A stretch of DNA of 64,000 nt from an uncultured Lachnospiraceae bacterium (lineage in GTDB: Bacteria > Bacillota > Clostridia > Lachnospirales > Lachnospiraceae): contig CAOJVE010000001.1 in assembly GCA_948444865.1 (NCBI GenBank), positions 1,372 to 65,371 on the forward strand, written 5' to 3'. The notes under the pieces are model-generated. The model saw only the letters and a list, made by a program, of their open reading frames with translations. It was not told the DNA's origin and ran no database searches. A program made the position numbers and the translations under genes. Below, one piece after another: positions 9,895-19,174 of the stretch. Position 1 is the first letter of the stretch; the number at the start of each line of letters is the position of its first letter.

Positions 9895-9909
9895 ATCCGT
9901 TTTCCTCCT

Positions 9910-10731
9910 CTATTCATCTCTGGGGTCCAGAACGTCCCGCAGGCTGTCGCCGAACAGGTTGAAGACCACTACCACAAGAAAGATGGCAAGCCCCGGGAAA
10001 ATCATCAGCCAGGGAGCCGCCGCCATATAGGCGCGGCCTTCGTTGAGCATTAGCCCCCACTCCGGTGTGGGAGCCTGGGCGCCAAATCCCAAGAAAGACA
10101 GTCCCGCCAGCTCCAGCATCATGCCGCCGATATCCGTGGCCCCTGTAATTACCAGCGTGGGCAGCGCGTTGGGCAGCATATATTTCATCAGTATATACGG
10201 CGTTTTCGAGCCGGTAACCACCGCCGCCGCCACGTAATCCCGGTGTCGGATTTTCAAAACCAGGCTTCGCGCCAGCCGGGCGTACTTGGTCCAGCTCACC
10301 ATGGAAACCGCCAGAACCGCGTTCTGGATGCTGGCCCCTAAGATGCCCGCAATGGCGATGGCCAGAACCATGCCCGGAAAGGAGATCATCATATCGGAAA
10401 AACGCATGATTACCGCGTCCGCGATGCCGCCGAAATATCCGGCCAGAATCCCCAGAACCGTCCCGACGGTGAAAATAATTGCCACCACGCTTAAGGCCGC
10501 CGTCAGAGAAGTCCGGGTTCCATAGATGACCCGCGCGAAAATATCCCTTCCCATTTTATCGGTTCCAAACCAGTGCTCGCCGCTTGGTTTTTGCAGGGCA
10601 TTGGCCAAAATTCCTTCTGTTGGGTCCTGTCCTCCGGTCAAAAAGGGAGCAAAGACTGCAACCAGCACGACCAACAGAACCAAAAAGCAAAAAAACAAAA
10701 AAGATTTATTTTTTTTCATAAAATTGTTCAT
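9910..10731 (-). CDS. Peptide/nickel ABC permease (OppC/NikC-like)
   Basis: HWFGTDKMGRDIFARVIYG, an EAA-like loop and LSFLGFGAQAPTPEWG. Confidence 0.92.
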   Translation of the reverse strand: MNNFMKKNKSFLFFCFLVLLVVLVAVFAPFLTGGQDPTEGILANALQKPSGEHWFGTDKMGRDIFARVIYGTRTSLTAALSVVAIIFTVGTVLGILAGYFGGIADAVIMRFSDMMISFPGMVLAIAIAGILGASIQNAVLAVSMVSWTKYARLARSLVLKIRHRDYVAAAVVTGSKTPYILMKYMLPNALPTLVITGATDIGGMMLELAGLSFLGFGAQAPTPEWGLMLNEGRAYMAAAPWLMIFPGLAIFLVVVVFNLFGDSLRDVLDPRDE

Positions 10732-10738
10732 CGCCCGA

Positions 10739-11677
10739 TCACCTCTTCTCTCTCATTCTGGGATCTACAAAGTTATAAGAAATATCCACTATCAGGTTAA
10801 TCACCATATAAATCAGGGCGATCCACAGCACATAGCCCTGAATCAGCGGATAGTCGTAGGACGTAATCGCCGATACCGCCAGGCTTCCCAGTCCCGGATA
10901 AGAGAAAATCACTTCCACCACCGCCGTGCCGCCCAGCAGATTTCCCATGGACAGCCCCAGCATGGTGATCAGTGGAAGCAGGGAATTGGGAAATACGTTC
11001 AGCCATAAAATTTTCCATTCCTTCACCCCCCGCGCCCTTGCGCCTGTTACATAATCCTGGCTTAACTCTTCCAGCACCGCCGTACGAACCTGCCGGGTGT
11101 ATTTGGCAGACATCGCAAAGGCCAGAGTGACAGCCGGAAGAATCATGCTCTTAAAAGTTATGTCCGTAGAAACTACCTGAAGCCATTTCAGTTTTACACA
11201 GAAAAAGGAAATCAGCAAAAGCCCTACCCAGAAATTGGGAACCGATACGCCCAGAAAAGTAAATCCACGAACCAGATTATCGATCCATTTGTTTTTGTTG
11301 ACCGCCGCCAGCATTCCGAAGGGAACGGCCACCAGCAGCATCAAAATCATGGAAAACAGCGACAGCTTCAATGTAGGCCAAAGCCTGGAACCCAGAAGGT
11401 CCAACACCGGCTTTTTCAGGGAGTAGGAATTGCCGAAATCCCCTCTCAGACAACTGGTCAGCCAGTCTGCGTACTGCACCAGGAATGGACGGTTCAGCCC
11501 CATCTCTTCCCTGGTCTGCTGCATCACTTCTTCGCTGGGCACAATGCCCGATGCCGCATACATGGTGCGCACCGGATCGCCGGGCGCCAGATACGTCAAT
11601 AGAAAGGTCAAAAAACTGATGCCGATGAGCACGATGACAATCTGCCCCAGCCTTTTTCCCAACTGTTTTTTTGACAA
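10739..11677 (-). CDS. Peptide/nickel ABC permease (OppB/NikB-like)
   Basis: APGDP, GDFGNS, YVTGARARG and VEVIFSYPGLG. TTG start at 11677 behind a GGAGGAGG RBS. Confidence 0.92.
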   Translation of the reverse strand: MSKKQLGKRLGQIVIVLIGISFLTFLLTYLAPGDPVRTMYAASGIVPSEEVMQQTREEMGLNRPFLVQYADWLTSCLRGDFGNSYSLKKPVLDLLGSRLWPTLKLSLFSMILMLLVAVPFGMLAAVNKNKWIDNLVRGFTFLGVSVPNFWVGLLLISFFCVKLKWLQVVSTDITFKSMILPAVTLAFAMSAKYTRQVRTAVLEELSQDYVTGARARGVKEWKILWLNVFPNSLLPLITMLGLSMGNLLGGTAVVEVIFSYPGLGSLAVSAITSYDYPLIQGYVLWIALIYMVINLIVDISYNFVDPRMREKR

Positions 11678-11750
11678 TTCCTTCCTCCTCCTCTCTATGC
11701 GGGCATACGTCCGGGGGCGGGTCCCCCGCACGCAGCTTTATCTATCCTTT

Positions 11751-13442
11751 TTATTTCGGCGCGATCTCTGTGGACAGCCAGTAGTAGTCTACAGTGTGAA
11801 TGTCGGCGCCGGTTACTTTTGAAGCATTGGAAAGGAATGAACTGTTGTAGTAGCCGTGTACCAATACCGCGCAGTCGTCGATCAGGATCTGCTCCATCTT
11901 GATAACCAGGTCGGCGCGCTCATCCAGATCGGTGGAAGCCATGTACTGGTCATACAGTTTGTCGTACTCGTCGTTCTCGTACCAGCAGTAGTTGGTTCCC
12001 TGGCTGTTCACATAGAATTCGCTTCCTTTGTCGCCGCCGTACCAGTTCTTTAAGAACGCGCTTGGCTCGCCAGTTCCCACGGTCGTCCAGTTGGAGTCGC
12101 ACAGGTCGTACTCGCCTGCCTGCATCATGTTCCACTCGGTGTCGGAGTCTGTGTTTGTCACGTTCACGTCGATGCCGATCTCAGCAAGAGAAATCTGAAT
12201 GGCCTCCGCGAAATCGCTTAAGCATCTGTTTGTGTATGTAATATACTGTAAAGTAATCTTTTCGCCGTCCAGCTCGCGGAATCCGTCGCCGTCGCTGTCT
12301 TTGATGCCCGCGTCGTCCAGCAGTTTTTTCGCGCCTTCCACATCATACTCGAAATCATTTTTCAGTGATTCATAGTCATAGGAAAGGGTGGAGGGCAGTA
12401 CGGCCGGGCCGTAGGTGTACATGCCGCCTACCGTTACGTCGCACAAAGTCTGTCCGTCCACGGCTTTGAAGATGGCCTGTCTTAAGGCTTCGTTTTTGCC
12501 CAGGATGCCGTTGAAGTTCACATAGGCGAAACCGCTTCTCATACCGGGCGTTTTGGATACGTAGAAATTGTCGTCGCCCGACAGTTCTTCCAGATCGCTG
12601 GCGGTTGTGATGTTCTCGGTCAGATCAATGTCGCCGGTTTTTAAAGCGCTGGCCTTGGTGCTGTCATCTTCGATGAAGATTACGGAAATGCTGTCATAGG
12701 GAACTTCCCCGTTCCAGTAGTTTTCGTTTTTCACCAGCTCGGAGCATTTGGTGGTTTCGTCCATGGATTTGATCACATAGGGGCCGGTGCCAATGACGGA
12801 TGTGCTGTCCGCAGTGTAATCATGCTCTGCGTCTGACGTGTCGCCTTCCACGTCGATGATGGCGTAGAATGGGAAGCACAGGATGGATGTGATGTCCGCA
12901 TAGGGCTGTTTGGTCACGATAGTCACGGTGTTGGCGTCCGCGTCCGCAACAATGGAGTCCATTTCCAGATAAGTTTCCGGCGTGGAGCTTTTCTTGTCCG
13001 TTGCGCAGACCGTGTAGAGCCGGTTCAGGGAGTCCGCCACGGCCTGGGCGTTGCAGTCGTTGCCATTGGAGAACTTCACGCCGTCGCGGATATGGAACGT
13101 CCAGGTCTTATTGTCGTCGGACACTTCGTATTTATCGCAAATATTATAATCTACAGTCAGGTCGTCTTTGAATTTAAACAGGCACTCAACAATCCCATGG
13201 CGGGTGCCGTCCCAGGCTGCGTTCTGGTATTCCGCCGGGTCATAGGACGTGGAATATACGTAGCACCCAAAGTTCAGATGCTTGCCGCCTTCGTCCGCCG
13301 CTGCCTCTGTGGCGCTGCCGGACCCGCTGTCCGAACTGGCCTTAGAGTCCGCGCCTTCGCCTCCGCACCCGGTGAGCATTCCCATGGTCAGCGCGCCTGT
13401 CAAACCAAATGCCAGCATTTTCTTCAGTAAACTTCTTCTCAT
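11751..13442 (-). CDS. ABC substrate-binding lipoprotein, family 5 (peptide/nickel/metallophore type)
   Basis: Lipobox LTGC, WTFHIRDGVKFSNG and GTGPY. ATG at 13442 behind GGAGG. Confidence 0.88.
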   Translation of the reverse strand: MRRSLLKKMLAFGLTGALTMGMLTGCGGEGADSKASSDSGSGSATEAAADEGGKHLNFGCYVYSTSYDPAEYQNAAWDGTRHGIVECLFKFKDDLTVDYNICDKYEVSDDNKTWTFHIRDGVKFSNGNDCNAQAVADSLNRLYTVCATDKKSSTPETYLEMDSIVADADANTVTIVTKQPYADITSILCFPFYAIIDVEGDTSDAEHDYTADSTSVIGTGPYVIKSMDETTKCSELVKNENYWNGEVPYDSISVIFIEDDSTKASALKTGDIDLTENITTASDLEELSGDDNFYVSKTPGMRSGFAYVNFNGILGKNEALRQAIFKAVDGQTLCDVTVGGMYTYGPAVLPSTLSYDYESLKNDFEYDVEGAKKLLDDAGIKDSDGDGFRELDGEKITLQYITYTNRCLSDFAEAIQISLAEIGIDVNVTNTDSDTEWNMMQAGEYDLCDSNWTTVGTGEPSAFLKNWYGGDKGSEFYVNSQGTNYCWYENDEYDKLYDQYMASTDLDERADLVIKMEQILIDDCAVLVHGYYNSSFLSNASKVTGADIHTVDYYWLSTEIAPK

Positions 13443-13506
13443 TTTATTTTCCTCCACTTTTTGTGATATTTTTCGCCCATAAGATTCAAAAAGAATCCCC
13501 CACAAC

Positions 13507-13536
13507 AAAAAAGACCAACTGCTTTTACAGTTGATC
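13507..13536 (-). terminator. Intrinsic terminator in the leader of the ABC operon (riboswitch expression platform)
   Basis: Minus strand GATCAACTG-TAAAAG-CAGTTGGTC-TTTTTT, about 65 nt upstream of the SBP start. Confidence 0.7.
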
Positions 13537-13765
13537 TTCACTCTCAAACTAACGATACCTTAATAAAATATACAGAAACATTGGGCCTGCTACATCCTGA
13601 AAAAAACAAACGCTAAAAGCTTCAAAAAGAGAATTTCTGGAAAAACCCTTCTGACACGCTTCATTTACCCTCGATGGCTCACCGATCCGTCTTCTTCTCC
13701 GCTGTACCTAAACCCGGTATGCACTAGCATGAACTCTCTTATCAACCGTAAGATGATTCACCAAA

Positions 13766-13920
13766 GCTATAAGCAGTTCTCCTGACTTAAGGTCATCACT
13801 CGCTGCGCCTTCCCAAAATATACATTTCAGTGACATAGTGCAGTCCGCTCGCTATCACAGTGACGGGATCGTATCAGATTTTAACCGATTTTTCTATTAA
13901 TCCATGTTGGAACTTATAGC
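13766..13920 (-). ncRNA. Cobalamin (B12) riboswitch
   Basis: The minus strand carries TAATAGAAAA-TCGGTTAAAATCTG, CCCGTCACTGTGA, GTCACTG, GGGAAGG and AAGTCAGGAGAACTG in the canonical order, closed by P1 GCTATAAG/CTTATAGC. Confidence 0.88.
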
Positions 13921-13963
13921 CCGCATATATAAATGCTACCAATCTTATGAACTTTTCCTTTAT

Positions 13964-13992
13964 ATTATACTCCCGCTTTTTTTGAATGTCAA
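13964..13992 (-). promoter_or_regulatory. Consensus SigA promoter driving the B12-riboswitch operon
   Basis: Exact TTGACA-17 nt-TATAAT just upstream of the aptamer. Confidence 0.85.
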
Positions 13993-14011
13993 CCAGATTT
14001 TGGGAGAGAAA

Positions 14012-15967
14012 TCACGCGTTTAAAAGAGTCAGAAATTCTTCTTCTGAGATGACCGGCACGCCCAGTTCCCGCGCCTTTTTGTTCTTGGAGGAATTGGACG
14101 CGGCGTTGTTGTTGATCAGATAGGCCGTCTTGCCGGTGACGCTGCTCGTCACCTTGCCGCCCTTGGACTCGATCAGCTCCTTTAGCTCTTTGCGGTTGGC
14201 GAACCGCTCCAGGCTTCCGGTGATCACAAAGGTTTTCCCCTCCAGCTCCGTGCCCGTCGCCTCCGCCACGGCCTCTATATGCAGCTGTCCCTTTAGCCGC
14301 CTCCAGAGGTCTTTATTTCCCTCGTCGGAAAAATACGCGGCCAGGTTTTTCGCCAGCGCCGGGCCGATGCCGTCGATGCCGCTGACTTCCTCCTCGGACG
14401 CTTCCATAATCTGCGCCATGTCCTGGTCGAAATGCCGGCAGATCAGCTTCGCGTTGGCCAGGCCGATGCCCGGAATGCCCAGGCCGTACAGCGCCTTTGG
14501 CAGCGTGGTTGTTCTGGCTTTTTCCAGATTTTCCATCAGATTGTCGTAGGATTTCTGCCCGAAGCCCTCCATCTCCACGATCTCGTCCCTGTGCTGGCCA
14601 AGGAAAAACAAATCCGCGAAGTCCTGCAGAAAGCCCCGGCCGATGAATTTTTCCAGGGTGGCTTCCGAGAGCCCCTCGATGTTTAAAGCGTCCCGGCTGA
14701 CGAACAGGGTGAACGCCTTGATTTTCTTGGCGGGGCACTGGGGATTGACGCAGCGCAGAACCTTCACGTCTTTTTCCTGCTCCACCCGCGCTTCCCCGTG
14801 GCAGGCGGGGCATTCTTTCGGAATCGGCAGTCTTCCGCTTTTGGTCAGGTTTTCGGCAATCTGGGGAATGATCATGTTCGCCTTGTACACCTGAATCCGG
14901 TCGCCGATTCCCAGCTTTAGCTCCTCCATGATGCTGATGTTGTGGACGCTGGCGCGGCTGACCGTGGTGCCCTCCAGCTCCACCGGCGCAAAGATGGCTA
15001 CCGGGTTGATCAGGCCGGTCCTGGACGGACTCCACTCGATTTCCTCAAGAGTCGTCTCCTGCACCTCGTCGGCCCACTTAAAGGCGAACGCGTTCCTGGG
15101 AAATTTGGACGTGGCGCCCAGGGATTCCCCGTAGGAGATGTTGTCGTAGATGGCCACCAGCCCGTCGGAGGGCACCTGGTTTTTCACGACCTGCTGTGAA
15201 AAATACTCCATGGCCGCGTCCAGGGTTTCTGCGGTCACGGCCCGGTATTCCACGGTCTGAAAGCCCTGCTCGTTCAAAAATTCCAGCTCCTTTTCGTGGG
15301 AGTTCTGAAAATCCACATCCGCGGCGCTGACCAGCGCGAATCCGTAAAACCGCACATTCCTTTTGGCGGTGATTTCGTTGTTGAGCTGGCGCACGGAGCC
15401 GCTGCATAAGTTGCGCGGGTTTTTGTACTTGGCGTCCGCCTCCCCCATCTGCTCGTTGATTTTTTCAAAATCCCGGTACGTAATCACCGCCTCCCCCCGC
15501 AGCGCCAGCCGGCCCGCGTAGGGGATTTTCAAGGGTATGTTTGCAAAAACTCGGGCGTTGTTTGTGATGACTTCGCCCACCAGCCCGTTTCCCCGGGTCA
15601 CCGCCTTTATAAGCTCGCCGCCTTCGTAGGTCAAAACGATGGTCAGGCCGTCCAGCTTCCAGGAGAGCAGCGCTTTATGTTCCCCGATGAAGCTGCGCAG
15701 TGTCTCTATATCTTTTGTCTTGTCCAGGGACAGCATGGGGCTTTCGTGGGCCTCCTTGGGCAGCTCGTCTAAAGCTTCGTAGCCCACCGATGCCGTGGGG
15801 CTGCCCGCCAGCGTGACGCCAGTCTGCCGCTCCAGATTTTCCAGTTCTTCGTACAGCCGGTCGTACTCCAGATTGCTGATTTCCTCCCGGTCTTCCTGAT
15901 AATAAGCCCTGGAAGCCTTATTCAGCCTTTCGATCAGCTCTTTCATCCGTTCCAGTTCTGCCGCCAT
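14012..15967 (-). CDS. ligA: NAD-dependent DNA ligase
   Basis: Adenylation motif WKLDG, RNLCSGS, zinc-finger CPACH...C...CP and a C-terminal BRCT domain (FVITG). Confidence 0.97.
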   Translation of the reverse strand: MAAELERMKELIERLNKASRAYYQEDREEISNLEYDRLYEELENLERQTGVTLAGSPTASVGYEALDELPKEAHESPMLSLDKTKDIETLRSFIGEHKALLSWKLDGLTIVLTYEGGELIKAVTRGNGLVGEVITNNARVFANIPLKIPYAGRLALRGEAVITYRDFEKINEQMGEADAKYKNPRNLCSGSVRQLNNEITAKRNVRFYGFALVSAADVDFQNSHEKELEFLNEQGFQTVEYRAVTAETLDAAMEYFSQQVVKNQVPSDGLVAIYDNISYGESLGATSKFPRNAFAFKWADEVQETTLEEIEWSPSRTGLINPVAIFAPVELEGTTVSRASVHNISIMEELKLGIGDRIQVYKANMIIPQIAENLTKSGRLPIPKECPACHGEARVEQEKDVKVLRCVNPQCPAKKIKAFTLFVSRDALNIEGLSEATLEKFIGRGFLQDFADLFFLGQHRDEIVEMEGFGQKSYDNLMENLEKARTTTLPKALYGLGIPGIGLANAKLICRHFDQDMAQIMEASEEEVSGIDGIGPALAKNLAAYFSDEGNKDLWRRLKGQLHIEAVAEATGTELEGKTFVITGSLERFANRKELKELIESKGGKVTSSVTGKTAYLINNNAASNSSKNKKARELGVPVISEEEFLTLLNA

Positions 15968-16682
15968 AATCTCCTCCTATATCCAACAATTTATACAACT
16001 GCATTTTTTCCTTCTGGGTGACTTCCCGGTATTCCCCCGGCTTTAAGCCGTCCAGGCGTATATTCATCACGCGCACCCTTTTTAGCTTCACCACCTGGAA
16101 GCCCAGATATTCGCACATGCGCCGGATTTGCCGGTTTAGCCCCTGGGTCAGCACAATCCGAAAGGATCGGGCGCCCGCTTTCTCCACCCGGCACGGCCTT
16201 GTTACCGTATCCAGGATGGGCACGCCACAGGCCATCGCTTTTAGAAATTCCTCGGATATTTTTTTGTCCACCGTCACCAGGTATTCTTTCTCGTGGCCGT
16301 TTCGGCCGCGCATGATCACGTCGGCCGTCTCCCCCAGGTTCGTCAGCAGCAGAAGCCCCTCCGACTCCTTGTCCAGCCGCCCCACTGTGAAAACCCGGCT
16401 GGGGTATTTCAGGTAGTCCACAATGTTGTTTTTCTCCCGCTTTTCTTCTGTGCACACAATGCCCCGCGGCTTGTAAAAGGCCAGCAGAATGTCCCGCCGC
16501 CTCTCTTTTACTTCTTTTCCCTCGAAGCATACCGTCTGGCCGGGCAGCGCCCGGTCGCCCACTTTCGCCACGCGCCCGTCCACCGTCACCTTCCCGGCCT
16601 CAATGGCCCGGTCCGCCGCCCGCCTGGAGCAGACGCCGCATTCGCTTAAGTATTTGTTCAATCGAATTCCTTTTTCACTCAT
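15918..16682 (-). CDS. rRNA pseudouridine synthase (RsuA/RluF family, S4 domain)
   Basis: RLNKYLSECGVCSRR, catalytic VGRLDKESEGLLLLTN and GLNRQIRRM. The 3' end overlaps the ligA start by 50 nt. Confidence 0.92.
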   Translation of the reverse strand: MSEKGIRLNKYLSECGVCSRRAADRAIEAGKVTVDGRVAKVGDRALPGQTVCFEGKEVKERRRDILLAFYKPRGIVCTEEKREKNNIVDYLKYPSRVFTVGRLDKESEGLLLLTNLGETADVIMRGRNGHEKEYLVTVDKKISEEFLKAMACGVPILDTVTRPCRVEKAGARSFRIVLTQGLNRQIRRMCEYLGFQVVKLKRVRVMNIRLDGLKPGEYREVTQKEKMQLYKLLDIGGDYGGRTGTDERADRKAE

Positions 16683-16750
16683 TTTTTTATTATACTATAT
16701 CCTGTGAAATTTTTCCTGGGTATTTTTTGTGCGCCTGGGGAGGGAATTTT

Positions 16751-16870
16751 CTAGAACGTGTTTGAAAACCGCTTTATGTCAACTGCATGTCACAATTTGT
16801 ACCCACAGGGCAAATATACCACAAAGTGGGGCGTGCAGGTGGCGTAAATGGGTTTTCAAACACGCTCTAG
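16751..16870. mobile_element. 120-bp MITE-like element with 20-bp terminal inverted repeats
   Basis: CTAGAACGTGTTTGAAAACC (16751-70) versus GGTTTTCAAACACGCTCTAG (16851-70) match at 19/20. CTAG is at both ends and there is no ORF. Confidence 0.7.
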
Positions 16871-16876
16871 TAAGAT

Positions 16877-16910
16877 AAAAAAATCAGCCCCCTTATTTGG
16901 GACTGATTTT
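16877..16910 (-). terminator. Intrinsic terminator after the CobW-like gene
   Basis: AAAATCAGCCCC...GGGACTGATTTT hairpin with flanking A/T tracts. Confidence 0.6.
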
Positions 16911-16930
16911 GTGAAAGTTTGCAGAATGCT

Positions 16931-17902
16931 TTATGTCAATCGTATATCGCAATTTATGATTTTTCTCTGCAGCCATTGTATATCCAGTTTTTCGCCAATC
17001 AAAATGAGGACTCCTATTTTTTCCGGGGAAACTGATTCCCGGGGTTCCTGGAAGACCTCGCCGTACGCCACATCCACTTTCTGGACGGCGCCGCCTTCCA
17101 TGGGCAGGTAGCCTTTCACCCGCCAGAGCCGGCAATGCTCCGCATCCTCCAGCAGCGCCAGCAGACGTTTTATTTTTTCCGTGGAAAACGTTTCCTGGAA
17201 TCGAACGGTCCAAGTGAGCAGTTGTTTGACGTTTCTTTTTGCCGGAAGCATTTTCACCGGTTCCTTTGCGGAAACGATTTGAATTGGATTGTTTTTTTTC
17301 GCCGCCTTCCACTCCCCGCCTGAAAATTGGGATTCCCGGAAAGTGTCTTCGTCTATTTCCTCCATGGGCGTGTCCACAATTTCCAGATTCGGGTTGATGG
17401 TTTTTAATTCCTTTTTGATATCCCGTATCTGCCGGGCGTCCAGTTTTTCCGCAAAGTTCAGGTAGACGGTCCGCGCCGTTCGGATCTGGTCGTAGAAAAA
17501 CTCTCCCACGACTTTTAAGAAAACCTGTATTTTCCTGGCGTTCACTGCCAGAATGCAGCGGTTTGGCTCCGCTTCCTCCACCTGCACGCAGGCTTCGATG
17601 ATGCCCCAAAGATCGGCGGCGCCGGTGGGCTCCACGATGATGTAATCGGGGTTTTCCGTCTGCACAAGCGTTCGCACGGCCTCCTGGAAACTGCCTTTTA
17701 CTGTGCAGCACAGGCAGCCGGCGGTCACTTCCCGCACCGAAACAGAATTTTCCGTAAATTCCTCGCTGTCCAAATTGATTTCCCCGATTTCGTTTTCGAT
17801 CACCGCCACCCGGCGCCCGGCGTACGCCGTCTTCAGCATCCGTTTAATCAATGTGGTTTTTCCGTTTCCCAGAAGGCCGCCGTATAGATCCAATTTTGCC
17901 AT
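16931..17902 (-). CDS. CobW/COG0523 G3E P-loop GTPase metallochaperone
   Basis: GLLGNGKTT, ENEIG, GCLCC (CxCC), IVEPTG and a CobW_C-like tail (RVKG). The start was reassigned to 17902. Confidence 0.85.
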   Translation of the reverse strand: MAKLDLYGGLLGNGKTTLIKRMLKTAYAGRRVAVIENEIGEINLDSEEFTENSVSVREVTAGCLCCTVKGSFQEAVRTLVQTENPDYIIVEPTGAADLWGIIEACVQVEEAEPNRCILAVNARKIQVFLKVVGEFFYDQIRTARTVYLNFAEKLDARQIRDIKKELKTINPNLEIVDTPMEEIDEDTFRESQFSGGEWKAAKKNNPIQIVSAKEPVKMLPAKRNVKQLLTWTVRFQETFSTEKIKRLLALLEDAEHCRLWRVKGYLPMEGGAVQKVDVAYGEVFQEPRESVSPEKIGVLILIGEKLDIQWLQRKIINCDIRLT

Positions 17903-18052
17903 GATTATTAACTGTTCAGTCCCTTCACAGTTACGGCAAAAATCCATTAGAAATCGCCTTCGGCGATGGGATTTTTGCTGTGTGTCTCGGGATTTTGCCG
18001 CATTCAGCGGCAAAACACCTCGCGGAATAGTTTCTGCGAAATAGTTACATTA

Positions 18053-19039
18053 TTATTTCTTATAAAAATCCCGCCCATATCTGCCGGCTTCCTCGAAAAT
18101 GGGCATCATCGCTTTCATAACTTCTTCGGGATTGTCCGAATCCACCAGCATGAAGCCGAAGAAAATATAGCTGCCATAGGGCGCGTATGTATCCATGGCC
18201 CGGCGGACTTCCGCCTGGATTTCCTCCGTTGTGGCGGTGGGCTGCGCCGGTTTGCCGTTGGTGTCGTAGCCGCCGATAACCGTCAATTTGTCGCCGTATT
18301 GCTGCAGGATTTTCTCAATGTCGTTGATGGGCTGGGCGGAACTCCAGGCCACATTGCCCTCCTCGATGAAATCCGGGATGATGTCTTCGCATTTGCCGCA
18401 GCAGTGAATCGCCGGAAGTATGCCCATCTGGCGGATAGCGTCGTTGACTTTTTTATGGCTGGGTTTGATCAGACGGCGGTAAACGTCCGGCGCCATGAAA
18501 AGCCCCCGCTCGGTAGCCACGTCATCAAAGGACGTGATCATGTCCGGATGGAAATATTTATGGATGCGCTCCGCCAGACGGATTTTGTAATCAGCGATGG
18601 CATCAAAGAAATCCATGCAGGCTTCCTCGTCCTCCATCATGGCGCACAGCGCGTTTTCAAAACCCATGATATGGGTCATGCGCAGAAACGACCAGTTCCA
18701 GCACTGATATTCCACCAGCTGCGTGTCGGGATTTCCCGCCGAGAGCTGGGCCTTCGCGCTTCCCTCCCAGTCGTACGCGTCCAGATCCGGGAAAACCACT
18801 TTTTCTTTCCACTCGGTGATGTCGTCGAACTGGCTCTGGTTGGGCAGTGGCGTTCCCTGCCCTCCAGAGGAGCTCGTCACCGCCCAGCCCACGCCAAATC
18901 CATCTTTTCCCCCTGTGCGCGGGCCGTTCTCGAAGGTTTCCTCCGCGCCGCCGCACATGAGCATCTCCGAAAATGACGGCACCCACTCCGGTTTTTTATG
19001 CTCCAACGCCAACAAACAATTCTCTTTACTAGTAATCAT
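18053..19039 (-). CDS. Uroporphyrinogen decarboxylase / MtaA-like corrinoid methyltransferase family protein
   Basis: DGFGVGW, MGFENALCAM, FDDVATERGLF and a Zn-ligand-like HCCG motif. Confidence 0.75.
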   Translation of the reverse strand: MITSKENCLLALEHKKPEWVPSFSEMLMCGGAEETFENGPRTGGKDGFGVGWAVTSSSGGQGTPLPNQSQFDDITEWKEKVVFPDLDAYDWEGSAKAQLSAGNPDTQLVEYQCWNWSFLRMTHIMGFENALCAMMEDEEACMDFFDAIADYKIRLAERIHKYFHPDMITSFDDVATERGLFMAPDVYRRLIKPSHKKVNDAIRQMGILPAIHCCGKCEDIIPDFIEEGNVAWSSAQPINDIEKILQQYGDKLTVIGGYDTNGKPAQPTATTEEIQAEVRRAMDTYAPYGSYIFFGFMLVDSDNPEEVMKAMMPIFEEAGRYGRDFYKK

Positions 19040-19174
19040 CTTTTTCTCCCTCTCCCTTTGGTTTTTCGTTTTCTAAATTATAGACAACCCGCCGCTCCTC
19101 TGCTATACTCAAAAAGGAGAATTATATATATAAAAATACTACAAAATGAAGTGTATCAAACCACGGGAGGCATT

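Noticed and set aside
8923-10053. 376-aa plus-strand ORF; similar long ORFs at 24023-25135, 35249-36103, 49296-50201 and 58244-59410
   Set aside because: These are antisense shadows of well-supported genes in GC-rich coding DNA, with no motifs or RBS of their own.
16800-16850. CACAGGGCAAA...GTGGGGCG resembles the start of a c-di-GMP-I riboswitch
   Set aside because: The GNRA tetraloop/receptor and second stem are not recognisable, and the segment lies inside the inverted-repeat element. A chance resemblance is more likely.
16893-17711. 272-aa alternative-frame ORF overlapping the CobW gene
   Set aside because: It is on the same strand in a different frame from a motif-rich gene, and its low-complexity Arg/Gly translation is typical of frame shadows.
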